This document shows, piece by piece, positions 51,740 to 64,000 of a DNA stretch of 64,000 nucleotides. Each line of letters starts with the position of its first letter. The first letter of the stretch is position 1. Location: the NCBI RefSeq assembly GCF_902459465.1, contig NC_047068.1, positions 3,782,001-3,846,000 on the forward strand, given 5' to 3'. A program made the translations under genes and the position numbers. Under the pieces are notes generated by a model. That model was not told the DNA's origin. It made no database searches and saw only the letters and a list, made by a program, of their open reading frames with translations. This DNA is from Asterias rubens. Its lineage: Eukaryota.

Positions 51740-52032
51740 TTAAGCTTCTGGACTCAACTGGTGATAATTCATTCAAAATGTTTTTGTTTCTTCTTGTGGC
51801 ATTTTCTGCTATACTGAGAAAGTATTTCAAACAAATAAATAGGCCTAATAATAGCTCAACTACTTTTGAAATGAGTTTCGACTAGTCCGGCAAATATTTG
51901 TGACAGTACTTTACAGGGGGTGGACGTACAATGGCATAGGGAGCTTCAGGCCTCAAATGAACCGGACTGTTTTGCTTCCTTTTATCCCAACGGGCAAGTT
52001 ACCTCAATTTGTTATGTGTCCTACTTTGTTAA

Positions 52033-52420
52033 AGGCAGTGGACACTATTGGTAATTTCTCAAAATAATTGTTAGCATAAAACCTTACTTAGTAACGAGTA
52101 ATGGGGAGCTGTTAATAGTATAAAACATTGTGAGAAACGGCCCCCTCTCTGAAGTAACATAGTTTTCGAGAAAGAAGTAATTATCCACGAATTTGAAATT
52201 CGATACCTCAGAATTAGTTTTTGAGGGTTTTGAAATCAAGCATCTGAAAGCACACAACTTCATGGGACAATTGGGTATTTTTTCTTTTATTATTATCTCG
52301 CAACTTCGACGACCCACTGAGCTCAAATTTTTCACAGGTTTGTTTTTTTATGCACATGCTGAGATATACCAAGTGAGAAGACTGATGGTCTTTGACATTT
52401 ACCAATAGTGTCCAGTGTCT
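52033..52420. mobile_element. MITE family A
   Basis: TTAA at both flanks and both TIRs present. Confidence 0.9.
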
Positions 52421-52430
52421 TTAAGTCCAG

Positions 52431-52489
52431 AACAAACAAACAAACAAACAAACAAACAAACAAACAAACAAACAAACAAATAAACAAAC
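52431..52489. repeat. (AAAC)n microsatellite
   Basis: Direct reading of the sequence. Confidence 0.95.
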
Positions 52490-52539
52490 ATTTACTAAAA
52501 CGGCTAGCACTCAGTATATATTAAGGCCATGGTCTATAT

Positions 52540-52745
52540 TTGGTATTTGTCAAAGACCAATATTCTCACTTGATGTATCCCAACAGAAGACATGCATAGA
52601 ATAACAAATATAACAAATCTGTGAAATTTGGGGCTCAACTGGGCATCAAAAATACAAGATAATAATGAAAGAAAAAAACAACTTGTGCATAGTGTTTCCA
52701 GATGCCTGAGAAAGGCTTTACGCCTGCAGCCTTTCTCAGAATCAA
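52540..52745. mobile_element. MITE family A fragment abutting the G-rich minisatellite
   Basis: ttgtcaaagaccaatattctcacttg... matches the family A end in reverse orientation. Confidence 0.7.
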
Positions 52746-52749
52746 CTAG

Positions 52750-54035
52750 TGGGGAGGGCAGAATCTCTGGGGAGGTGGGGGGCAGAATCTCTGGGGGAGG
52801 TGTGGGGGAATAATCTCTGGGGGAGGTGGGGGCAGAATCTCTGGTGGAGGTGTGTGGGGGGGGGGGCATAATCTCTGGGGGGAGGTGTGGGGAGGGTAGA
52901 ATCTCTGGTGGAGGTGTGGGGAGGGTAGAATCTCTGGAGGAGGTGTGGGGAGGGCTCTGGTGGAGGTGTGGGGAGGGCTCTGGTGAAGGTGTGGGGAGGG
53001 TAGAATCTCTGGGGGAGGTGTGGGGAGGGCTCTGGTGGAGGTGTGGGGAGGGCTCTGGTGGAGGTGTGGGGAGGGCTCTGGTGGAGGTGTGGGGAGGGCT
53101 CTGGTGGAGGTGTGGGGAGGGTAGAATCTCTGGTGGAGGTGTGGGGAGGGTAGAATCTCTGGGGGAGGTGGGGGAGGGTAGAATCTCTGGGGAGGTGGGG
53201 GGGGGGCAGAATCTCTGGGGGAGGTGTGGGGGCATAACCTCTGGGGAGGTGAGGGCAGAATCTCTGGTGGAGGTGTGGGGGGCATAATCTCTGGGGGGAG
53301 GTGTGGGGAGGGTAGAATCTCTGGTGGAGGTGTGGGGAGGGCTCTGGTGGAGGTGTGAGGAGGGCTCTGGTGGAGGTGTGGGGAGGGCTCTGGTGGAGGT
53401 GTGGGGAGGGCTCTGGTGGAGGTGTTGGGAGGGCTCTGGTGGAGGTGTGGGGAGGGCTATGGTGGAGGTGTGGGGAGGGCTCTGGTGGAGGTGTGGGGAG
53501 GGTAGAATCTCTGGTGGAGGTGTGGGGAGGGCTCTGGTGGAGGTGTGGGGAGGGCTCTGGTGGAGGTGTGGGGAGGGCTCTGGTGGAGGTGTGGGGAGGG
53601 CTCTGGTGGAGGTGTGGGGAGGGCTCTGGTGGAGGTGTGGGGAGGGCTCTTGTGGAGGTGTGGGGAGGGCTCTGGTGGAAGTGTGGGGAGGGTAGAATCT
53701 CTGGGGGAGGTGTGGGGAGGGCTCTGGTGGAGGTGTGGGGAGGGTAGAATCTCTGGTGGAGGTGTGGGGAGGGCTCTGGTGGAGGTGTGGGGAGGGTAGA
53801 ATCTCTGGGGGAGGTGTGGGGAGGGCTCTGGTGGAGGTGTGGTGAGGGTAGAATCTCTGGTGGAGGTGTGGGGAGGGTAGAATCTCTAGTGGAGGTGTTG
53901 GGAGGGCTCTGGTGGAGGTGTGGGGAGGGGTCTGGTGGAGGTGTGGGGAGGGTAGAATCTCTGGGGGAGGTGTGGGGAGGGCTCTGGTGGAGGTGTGGGG
54001 AGGGCTCTGGTGGAGGTGTGGGGAGGGCAGAATCT
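52750..54035. repeat. G-rich minisatellite with 23- and 29-bp variant units
   Basis: Interspersed ggtggaggtgtggggagggctct and ggtggaggtgtggggagggtagaatctct units; shorter, more degenerate units at the left end. Confidence 0.95.
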
Positions 54036-54374
54036 CCTGACACAGCGGCACTGATGATTTACTCAAAATTAACTGTATTGAAAACATTATCATGGCAACT
54101 GACACTACAATACTCTAAAGACATGGTAGTTTGGCTGGTAACCTTATTCAGGTAAGCACATTTGTGTTTTGTCTGGTTTTGCTTAGCTACTTTTTGTGCT
54201 GAAATTGGGCCTTGGATCAAAACTGGGCACATAAAACTGAAAGGCAGAAAGAAAAACCAATAAACTAACCTGAACGCCCCGAATTACCCAACGTTACACA
54301 ACTCAGCCATGCTTATCAAACAAGTAAAATAAAAGACTCTGGGCTCTAGACAAATTTACATTAGAGAGCATTTC

Positions 54375-54690
54375 AAGTTTGGACACAATTGGTCATTACT
54401 CAAAAAATTGTTGGCATAAAAACTTACTTGGTAACAAGCAACGGAGAGCTTTTGATAGTATAAATTATTCTGAGAAATGGCACCCTCTAATGAAGTAACG
54501 TAATTTTTGAGATAATAAACTGCTTCAGCTGAGGTCTTTTATTGTGCATATGAAAGCAGACATTATTCTCTCGCAACTTTGATGACCAATTGAGCCAAAT
54601 TGTTTGCAGGTTTGTTACTTTATGCGAAGGGATTCGCCAAGTGAGAATACTGGTCTTGGACAAATAACCTAACGTGTCAAGTGCAGTGAG
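54375..54690. mobile_element. MITE family A, diverged copy
   Basis: ggacacaattggtcattactc ... gagaatactggtcttggacaaat. Confidence 0.75.
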
Positions 54691-54884
54691 GCAATCAAAC
54701 CTGTGCAAATGACAGGAGGTTCATCAATGTTAGGTTTTTTTTAACCTCTGTGTTACCTTGAGTAGGGGTAAGGTGTAAAACCCTGACGTTTTCTTGAAAC
54801 ATTCAACCGGCACCCCATGGAATAGAGACCTAGCGTGAAATCACAATATATAATAATAATTTGGGGGGCTAATCATCCTTACTC

Positions 54885-55175
54885 GCAGCTAAGAGCTGAA
54901 TTGCGAAGGACGCGGCTACAACGTGTTCGGCGGCTACAATGTGTTCGAGAAGCAGGCATGCAAGGGCGCCTTTGGCTGCCAGCCACATCAACCCAATGTG
55001 ACCACGGAGCACAGCCAAAGATCGAAAGTGTTTGATTTTTTTTCCCGAGGAAGGAAACCCGTATGGTATGGAAAACCCTCGTGGCACAGCAGAGAACCAA
55101 CGCACAACTCAACTCACATATGGCCCCGACCGGGAATCGAACCGGGGTCACCTTGGTGAGAGGCGAGCACTTTAC
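54885..55175 (-). mobile_element. tRNA-derived SINE family 3
   Basis: ggtggcatggttggc... head, B box ggttcgattcccgg, and body atgtgagttgagttgtgcgttggttctc. A decayed second copy lies at 56450-56735. Confidence 0.8.
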
Positions 55176-55770
55176 ACACAAGCCAACCATGCCACCTTCA
55201 ATACTCAAAATGAAATTTTTCTCAAAATTCTTTATACTAACAAAAGCTTCTCTACAGGCTTCTAACCCAAAGTTTTTATTTTATTGCTATGAATTTGAAC
55301 AGTGGTACATGCAGCAAACGTGTACCCTTCCATTAACTTTTAAATACTACTCGCCATACACTTAGTCTTCACTACATTTCACTTCATATAGTTTCAATAT
55401 GCAGTTCTTAAATTATGGCACTTTATCTTCATTTATGCCTTACGGGCATCTCAACAAGCTCATAATGTTTATGACACGACAAGTATGCACATTTGAATTA
55501 GGAGACCCATTTACATGGGAACATGACATAGCACCTTTTAAGAGTTGACAAGTGATGCAGTGCAACCTGTACAGCCAATCATGCCAGAAACACCCAGGGA
55601 TCTTATAAGACGTTCCCAGTACCTACATGAAGATGGTTAAACACCCCGTCCAAAGCGATAATGGTGAAGCTTTTAGTCTTGCATAAAGGGACGGGTATGT
55701 CCAATTGCTTGATTGAGATTTACGGTTTTCATTTTGCTCAGCTTAAAACTGCAAAGTCTGCAATACTTAA

Positions 55771-56134
55771 AGACATTGCACACCTTTGGTAATTGTCAAA
55801 GACCAGTCTTCTCAATCGGTGTATCTCAACATATGCACAAAATAACAAACCTGTGAAAGTTTTAACTAAATTGGTCGTCAAAGTTGCAGGTAAATAATGG
55901 AAGAAAAACACTGTTGTGAAGTTGTGTGCTTTCAGATGCTTGATTTCAAGACCTCAAAATCTAATTCTGAGGTCTCGAAATCAAATTCGTGGAAAATTAC
56001 TTCTTTCTCGAAAACTACATTACTTCAGAGGGAGCTGTTTCTCTAAATGTTTTATACTATCAACAGCTCCCCATTACTCGTTACCAAGTAAGGTTTTTTG
56101 CTTATAATTATTTTGAGTAATTATCAACACTGCC
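55771..56134. mobile_element. MITE family A
   Basis: ttaa flanks; right terminus slightly shortened; 15-bp direct repeat on both sides. Confidence 0.85.
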
Positions 56135-56879
56135 TTAAGTCTGCAATACTTCAGCAATGTTTTTCATTTAAAAACCTCTCATAGAATTTTTTATTCGTTT
56201 AACCTCTTGATTGAGGAACATGTTTTTGTTTTTTTAATATTGGCTTATTTCCATAGTAATTAGTCATAATATTTGACCCTTAGAAAAAAAGGCCGATAAA
56301 GTAGTACAGGGCTGGCCTACTTGTATGTACCGTATAGGCTTCCTATACATTTCATGATGTTTGATTAAAACATTTTGTTGACCTTTCCGAGGGTGAAAAC
56401 ATTCGGAAATCAAACTAAAAAAGAAGAAGAATGTCATGCCTGCAGCTGATTAGCTGCCTTCGTGAAGGATCAGGCTACAACATTGACCAGCCGCAGGCGT
56501 GTTAAGGCGCCTTTCGACAGGCAGCCAAATCGATCCCTAATGTGACCACAATGCACAGCCACGGATCAAATTCTGAAGGAGGCCCAGAGACAAACCCTTG
56601 TGGAACATAAAGAGAGAACTAATGAACAACTCCACTCGCATACATGTATCAACCTTGTAGTCAGGAATCGAACCAGGGCAACAGTGGTGAGAAGGCTACA
56701 TGTAGCCCTTTATCGGACTAACCACCAATCTCAGCTAAAGGGCATATCAATTGGGAATATACATGTAGACAGTTTCAGGGGGCAATGGAACATTTCATGG
56801 GGCACCAACACAATACAGGGGGCAGGACACAAATTAAAAGGAGACTAAAATCAGAGGGAGACTTAAAATTGCTGGATAT

Positions 56880-57275
56880 GAATAATATCAAAGTCTTAGG
56901 GGCCTATATAGCGCATGTATCTACCAAACAAGATACTCAATGTGGTGAGCATATACAAACATTCAGAAAGATTGCAGTCATGAATTCCGAGACCCAATTA
57001 TAAGGCTTTACAAGGTGCTACGGGCACATACAGCAGCCACAGCCAGGAACACCGGGGCGAACCCCTTCTCTATTCGATAAGTCATGTGGTTCTTTTACAT
57101 GTGTTACACAACAGTGGGATCAACAGCTTTACGTCCCATCCGAAGGACAAAGCAATGGTTAAGTGTCTTGCTTAAGGACACAAGTGTCACGGATAGGGAT
57201 TCAAACCCACACTCTGCTGATCAGAAACACCAGAGTTTGAATTCGGGGCTCTTAACTGCTTGGCCAAGACACTTC
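56880..57275 (-). mobile_element. tRNA-derived SINE family 2b (central part resembles a Deu/Nin-type domain)
   Basis: A box tggccaagcagtt, B box gggtttgaatccc, and gggacgtaaag...gagaaggggttcgccccggtgttcctggc. The domain name is from recall. Partial copies near 9420-9530, 9750-9850, 12860-13080, 58600-58857 and 63470-63660. Confidence 0.8.
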
Positions 57276-57989
57276 CATATTACATGAGAAGTACAGTTCG
57301 ATGATGTGGCAACCAACACATGAAAAGAGAAGCAAAGTGAGCAGGCCTATCAAGACATACATTGACATATGTGAAGACTCCAACAGCGACCTATATAATA
57401 ATAAGCATTTTTATAGCGCCATCTATCTCGAAAACTAATCCGATGCGCTGTGAGAGGAAAGAAACCAAAACAAAAAGTTTATACAAAGAAAAGGACAAAA
57501 ATTAAACTCACTTAGGAAACAAATATGTCTTCATTTGCAATTCTGTGTGAATGCCTATAGTGTTAAAGAATTCCAGGGGACCAAGCTATGTGAATGCCTA
57601 GTGTTAGAGCATTCCAGGGGACCTACACACTTGTGTGTATTAGAATATAGGCATTTGCATGCTTGACAGGAACTTTTGGAAAGCCATCACAACCATCCTG
57701 TTAGAATTTAAGGAATGAATGGATGAGAGTACTGTGACAAAAGGTCCACCAAACTGTCATCAGGAATTTGTAGAGTGTGACAGGGGCTTATGTGAAGAGC
57801 ATTATCACATGTTATTTTCCATCAGTGAAATCAGTTTCAAAACTATCATGCTCGATATGGACATTTTAAAAATCACACTAATTATTGCATTGCTGTCAAT
57901 CATCTTAGGTATGGAGTAAGGCTTCATCCCGCACCATTACACACAAAATTTAACCTTAAATCAACCATGCATTGACCCATGAAAAAAAT

Positions 57990-58240
57990 TTTTTTGTTTC
58001 ACAAAGAGCTAATATTGATCTTTAAGATGTATAGTAAAGTGTTATCTCACAATACAATTGTGATATCGACAACTCATCTTAAAATATGAATATTTGTTTA
58101 CCATGCCTTGACCCACCAAAGGTTACATTTTTTTATGGATTTGGTTTCACAAAGAGCTAATAGTGATCTTAAGATGTGTATGTTATAAAGTGTGATCTCA
58201 CAATACAATTGTGATATCGACGATGAATATTTGTGTTTTG
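57990..58240. repeat. Imperfect tandem duplication, period about 148 bp
   Basis: gtttcacaaagagctaata and atctcacaatacaattgtgatatcgac each occur twice. Confidence 0.8.
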
Positions 58241-58599
58241 TGGTATCAAACTCTGGGAAGAATAAAGTACTTAACCTTAACTGCGATATTGAAAACATGC
58301 GATAAAACAAACTGAAGCTCAGCGACACTTTTACACACTGGACCAAACTAAGTGACATCCCAGTTACATTTGAGCAGATACCTGCACTCGGTTGAAGACT
58401 GACAGGTCTGGAATTTCACAAAGGCCTCGGAGGTCATGGCCTCTGTTGCCCTTGTTTTGGCCTTGGGGCCCTTTCAAAATTGTCCCATCTAGACTTTAAA
58501 ATTTTCCAATGGAAGTGACCTTTTTGTAATGAATATTGGCCTTGCCTTCTCAAAGATGAAACTCCTGGCTTGGACTGGTTCATCATCTTACAATCTTTA

Positions 58600-58857
58600 C
58601 AATCTAATAATAACAACAAAGTCTTTTATAGCGCACAAATCTACCAAACAAGGTACTCAAGGAGCCGAGTATATACAAACTTTCAGAAAGAAAGGTAATT
58701 GCAGTGATGAATTTGAGACCCAATTATTTAGCACCTTATAAGGGTTTACAAGGTGCTATGGCGCATACAGCAGCCACAGCCAGGAACACCGGGGCGAACC
58801 CCTTCTCTTTTCGATAAATGCACTGGGTTCTTTTACATGCGTTACACAACACATGGC
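58600..58857 (-). mobile_element. SINE family 2b, 3' half
   Basis: Matches the 3' part of 56880-57275 and ends in a tat/tgt-rich tail. Confidence 0.8.
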
Positions 58858-59039
58858 TTCTAGACTTCATCAGACAGGGCTTTGAAAACTAGACAAATGT
58901 TGCATCAATATATGCCCCTTGCTATTTCCATCTTGTGTTTTAATTCAAGCCAGAGGTTGTAAACTTTCGAAAATATGTATCATCTTTTAGTATCACAATC
59001 TTTACATCAGCTTGTAGATCTTTGAGCCTGTTTAAACTT

Positions 59040-59430
59040 TTCTACACAGATAACACCAGTTTGACCAGTTGCTGGGAGGTTGACCCCATTCCTGATGACC
59101 CGCAGGTACATGTCCAAGGTCTGAAAACACAGTTGTGAAGATTTGGTGCCGCCTTGTCTGTTAATAAACATGTAAGCCATTGCTCTCAAGTTGTTGATCT
59201 TGATAATAATGGACCTACGCATCACGTTTGTTTAAAAATGATGTAGGGCACTGACAACGGCCTGGAGTACAAAGATGTAAATATCTACACTTTACCATTG
59301 CTTGACGTGGTGCTATCGAGGCACCCTAGCCTGCATTGGAGGCGACGGTGGAAATGGTCACCTAGGGGTCTGATCAAGGAAACCTCAGACCACAGCGAAT
59401 GTTCAAGTCCCCCAACCATCACAGGTGTTC
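59040..59430 (-). pseudogene. Older DIRS-family RNase H fragment
   Basis: TISTVASNAG*GA (decayed TDAS..GWGA), LQAVVSALHHF, and AYMFINRQGGTKSSQLC. Confidence 0.75.
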
Positions 59431-59615
59431 GTCTTCCTTTAAGGACTGATTCGATGATTGGGTCTGTATTTGGTCTGTAGTGCGCTAAGAGGTGCAGCTG
59501 AAGGGGGGTGCCCTCAACACCATGGCACAAGATCTACTAGAATGGACATAAACCCATGTACATGGTGTAACTAACGCTGTGATATGGTTTTACCATGAAT
59601 AGCGTACCTAAATGC

Positions 59616-59618
<3 letters not shown>

Positions 59619-59654
<36 letters not shown>
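59619..59654. repeat. (AAT)n microsatellite
   Basis: Direct reading of the sequence. Confidence 0.95.
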
Positions 59655-59664
59655 GCAAAGTATG

Positions 59665-59989
59665 TGCATGCATATTGTTAGAAGGATGTTTAAAAAGTAG
59701 AATACAATGATCCACACACATTTGCCTCGAAATTGCGTGGTTTTCCTGTTACATTGCGAACTAACACGGTCTGCCATTTATGGGAGTGGGAGTCAAAAAT
59801 TTGACTCCCATAATTGGCCAACCGTGTTTGTCGACGAAGTAAAAGGAAACCCAACCAATTTCGAGTGATACTTGTGTGGACCATTATATTCTACTTTTAA
59901 AACACCTTTCTAATCATATGCATTCTATAACAAACGGTTACATACGCTTTCCAAAGACCAACTCGACCGATCCAAGGCAACGTGTTCCT
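59665..59989. mobile_element. MITE family C, left end truncated
   Basis: Interior and right TIR match 12287-12657. Confidence 0.85.
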
Positions 59990-61133
59990 TTAAAGATTTA
60001 CCAATGTAACAAACAATTCAAAAACATACAGAGTGACAAGAAAAGTTCCATGCACTGGATCTGAAGACTAACCTTGCACAAGTCAAAGCATAATGGAAAA
60101 GACATAAGAAATACAATTTTGGGGTGAACAAAGAACAGGATTTGAACCTGCAATATCAAGATCAACAAGCAAGTGCTGTACCAACTGAGATATCTAACCG
60201 CAATGTGGTCAATATATTTGTTTAGATGGGGGTGCCAGTCAAAAGCAATGTACAAAATACACACTGCGTACACAAATAGTCTCTGGAAAAAAATGCGTTA
60301 TAGAATTTCTGATACATTGTCAGTAAGCCAACCATGAAATGGATCACAAATGTAGTCCATTCCTTATACTTGAGCTGCTCACCAGCAACACTTGTCTAAC
60401 CAAGTCAACTCTATATAGTTGGTTTGCAGTCACACCATGTGTGTATCTACTTGCCAACTTTGAACTGAACAAGGTGTACAAATATTCAGCCTATTATTAG
60501 CCAAGCCGGATCTGGCACACATAAGGTCAATTGTCCTACAGGGATGGCGGAAATTGTTTGCTACAGCCCTAGTTGTGTTGGTCATCAGCAGAATAACATA
60601 AGAGGAAAAAAAAACATTCATAAATTCAGGTCGTTTTAAATTGAAAAGGCAGAATCGGGAATCTACAAGTACTTGATAGATTAACCCCGGTGGCTGGTTC
60701 AACTGCCATCCTCTGACATTTACAAGTTTCAGATTTCTCAGCCCAAAAACAAAACGCAACTTTTGGTAACCTCATGCATTGAGGAATAATATATTGAAAT
60801 AATTCAATATGCCAATCAGGAAGTTGAAATGTGAGTTACTGCTAACAGGGTTGTAGCTAGACCAAATTTAGTGGTGGGCAATAAATAAAATGTTGTTGGT
60901 CTTGTTAAAAGTCTGCCGAGGGCAAGGAGATACAAAAAAATAATTCATGTTTAATTATGGCCCATTATTGCTGAAGTGGGGCCAGGTTTCCAAACTGTTT
61001 ATGTCATGGGGCCATCCAATAGTTGAATGATTGAATGGCCTTTGGGTTGTGTTATTTCTCACTTCTTATCATTAGCTGTGTCTCAGACCAATGCAAAGTG
61101 GACAATATTTAAAATCTGGGCTGGGCAGCATAA

Positions 61134-61462
61134 GGCCAAGTAAAAGAAAAAACATGTTTCGCGTCCCGCCCGCTTCCTTTTTACAGGCCGCCTCCTTTTT
61201 TATTTTATTTTTTTTTTTTTTTTATGCACATTATTTTTTTTTATTTTTTTAATAGGGTTATTTTAAATGATCTCAGCAAAAACAATCTGAATGTCTTGTC
61301 ATTTATGTTTTGTGTATTTCAGCAGTAGAAAAAACAATGGATATTTGACATTTTAACAAAGAATGGCGGCCATCTTGAAATAAAAAATAAACAATAAAAA
61401 GCCCCTCTTCCTCCTTTTTTTGAAAAACTCGGACGTGAAACATGTTTTTTTTTTACTCGGCC
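61134..61462. mobile_element. PIF/Harbinger-like MITE
   Basis: taa|ggccaagtaaaa...aaacatgtttcgcgtcc / ggacgtgaaacatgttt...ttttactcggcc|taa, with a 3-bp TAA TSD. Confidence 0.8.
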
Positions 61463-62495
61463 TAATGTATTTTGCTCAGAGTGCTGAGTAAAGATTGAGA
61501 GTCCTGGGCAGGTCACCCAGCATCGCCCACCATGGCTACAACACTGACCGCTAATAATGACTGTTGGATAACGGTTGAAACAATGCCATGATCCACTGGG
61601 CATGACAGTAGCTAACAAAACAGACTTGGTTCAAACAAGTTCAACTTACTGCAATGGTTCATAAATTAAATGCTGACACAAAGGTCTGAAATAGGATCTG
61701 AATTTTACAAAACCAAGTTGAATTGACTGGCTATCAACCTTCAAGCTATAGATTCAAGGAGTTTCTTGGAAAAGCTTTCTCAGATCTCAACATTCTCAGA
61801 TCTCAAGATTTTGATTAAAGAGCATCTTCTTGTTATATCTTCGGAAAAAAATTCAGCGTCTCTTTCGCCAGGCACTTCCGACAGGCAGCCATAAAAAGAT
61901 CTGAATTCTGAAAATTCTCATTCCTGTATTGTAGGTACATGTAACTTGTCAATTGATGCAACTCAAGTAAATTATGAAACTTGGGGGTAAATCTCATTTT
62001 ACATCTGCTGGTAAGTTGTTTAAAAACAACTTACAAGCAGATGTTCTTGGTTACTAACAAAATCTTTTTAGATTAGAATTTATTGTATAATTACACATGG
62101 AAGTTAGTAGCGGTAACTAGACAAACTATAGACATATGATAGACAAGACACCTCAAAACCATTGAACTCTATGGAAACCTGACCCCAAAAAACGACACTT
62201 TAAAGGAAAGACAGCTCAGATTCAGTGACTGTGTGGGGAGAAAATCTTATGAAACGGCAGAGAAAATCTTATGAAACGGCGTACAAATTATTGTGATGGG
62301 AACAATCACACCAAAGAAAAACCAAGGTTGGCCGTAATATAGCTATTACACCGGAGGGGAGAAACATAATTTGACAGAAAAGATGAAAAACAGAATTGAG
62401 TACAGAAGTCTTTCTCAAGATTTCATAGCAAGTAGCTTGACACAGTGAGCGAGTGTGGAGTGAGATTAGATTGCATTTCTTTTCCACATTCTTTT

Positions 62496-62764
62496 TAAGC
62501 GAAACAAAACACTCCAAGGGGACCACTTTGGGTCAATCACATTAGGAGTTTTTCCAATATCACGATAATTTGCCGAGTGGTGTCTGTCTGTCTCTGTCAG
62601 TATGTGTCAGTATGTGTCCCTACAAGACAGACATAAGCGAAACAAAACACTCCAAAGGGGACCACTTTGCGTCCATCACATATCTAGGAGTTTTTAATAT
62701 CACGATAATTTGCCGAGTGGTGTCTGTCTGTCTCTGTCAGTATGTGTCCCTACAAGACAGACAT
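62496..62764. repeat. Tandem duplication, 2 x about 138 bp
   Basis: taagcgaaacaaaacactccaa at 62496 and 62634. Confidence 0.9.
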
Positions 62765-62904
62765 TGTGGGATTATAGGAACTGTGTGTACAAGTATTTGT
62801 TTTTTAACACCTTTTTTTGCAGGGGTAACCCAACAATGGTTTTAATGAGAAAACTAACGGGGAAAGCCCTTAATGTCCCTCTACTCGATATATGGCAGGG
62901 TAGC

Positions 62905-63260
62905 TACAGAATTGGGAAGAAAAAAATTGTCTAAGATCTCGTATTTCAATAAAACTTACACGATCTAACAATGATTAAAGTTGAAAACATTCCTTGAAAT
63001 GTTTCTGTCTGAAATGTCATATTTGATGAGAAAACTAATTTCCTGTTAAGAGTTTATCACTCAGTGAGCGTTTTATTTGTAAAACACTATTTGGTGTCAT
63101 GCAAAATGTGTAATCAGTTTTTTACTATTTTCTTTTTGACCTAGATGGCTTAATCGATCTCAAACTTCTACAGGTTTGTCAGTTAAAGTAGGCATACATG
63201 TATATGGTGGATTACATAAAGTGCTTACACTACCAGCAACTGTTTTGTAACATTTCTTTC
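62905..63260. mobile_element. MITE family B, decayed
   Basis: Interior gaaatgtttctgtctgaaatgtcat ... ggtggattacataaagtgcttacac. Confidence 0.7.
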
Positions 63261-64000
63261 AGCATTACAGAGCAAGTAGTTCATGGTTGGGGTCCAAGGC
63301 GGGCCCAAGATGGCCTCCCCAGGCCCAGGTACAACAGACATTTTGTTTTTAGGGTTTTGTGGAACAAACCAATTTTGGGTTGTGAAAATTACTAAGACAA
63401 CATTCTGCCTGTACAGTAAAGAATAATTGGGTCAAAACAAAGTGTAGATAATGGTTGACAAATGACCACGGTGTTCCTGGCTGGATTGGCAGCATATTGC
63501 GCCACAGCACCTTGTAAACCATTACATTGTGCTTAAGGATTAGGTCTTATATTATCTCAAAAATCGCCCCCACTCCTTGCAGTAATAATACCTGGCGCTT
63601 TGTATCCTTTGGCAAAAGGCGCGTTATAAATACGGTTATTATTATTATTATTATTAATTATATTAGGGATAACTGGAGGGGAATAAGAAATAACTAGACA
63701 AGCAATAAGGGAATAGCCAGACAATCTTAAATGTCATTTTGCTTGTATGCCTTGGGGGACAGTTTCACATCTCCGCTGAGAATATCAAGTATGAACAAGA
63801 TTGCTAAACAGAAAAAAAACTGATAACCAGCCAAACTGGTTTTTTTTTTGCCATAAAGTTAACCGAGTGATTTCAGTCATCAACCTTGAGCACTATACTA
63901 ATTGTTACTTGTTATAATGATTACTTTCATAAATCACTAACTTCCAGAAAATTTAAGCCATCAGTCTTTTTCCCCCCCAAAAACAGGACTTTAACCACTT

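Noticed and set aside
52534-54155. Long Pro/His-rich ORFs (523 aa, 433 aa) and Gly/Trp-rich ORFs
   Set aside because: They are translations of a stop-free 23/29-bp minisatellite, open in several frames on both strands. The 523-aa ORF runs on into a MITE.
431-56107. Recurrent 60-120-aa ORFs with motifs such as KLCAFRCLIS or TTLLQR
   Set aside because: They are translations of non-coding MITE copies.

Overview
AT-rich, repeat-dense animal genomic DNA. The dominant MITE looks like a sea-star repeat (Asteroidea, probably Asterias); this is recall-based inference, not a search result. The one host gene I can identify is endonuclease V (ENDOV) on the minus strand: its three 3' coding exons are at 32521-32453, 28649-28521 and 26352-26116, and I could not find the 5' exons. 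About 100 nt upstream of an ENDOV splice acceptor sits a 3.7-kb DIRS1-type tyrosine-recombinase retrotransposon. It keeps its inverted terminal repeats (ITRs) and internal complementary region (ICR) and has remnants of RNase H, a methyltransferase-like domain and the recombinase. The RT is deleted, there is an in-frame 147-bp duplication in the recombinase, and there is an extra 47-bp inverted hairpin pair outside the canonical DIRS plan. The rest comprises many TTAA-flanked (Kolobok-like) MITEs, hAT- and Harbinger-like MITEs, three tRNA-derived SINE families, a solo LTR, an RTE fragment, an older DIRS remnant, several mini/satellite arrays and two copies of a non-canonical hammerhead-like motif. 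Most listed ORFs are noise or repeat artefacts. Coordinates were counted by eye, and the ends of decayed repeats are approximate.
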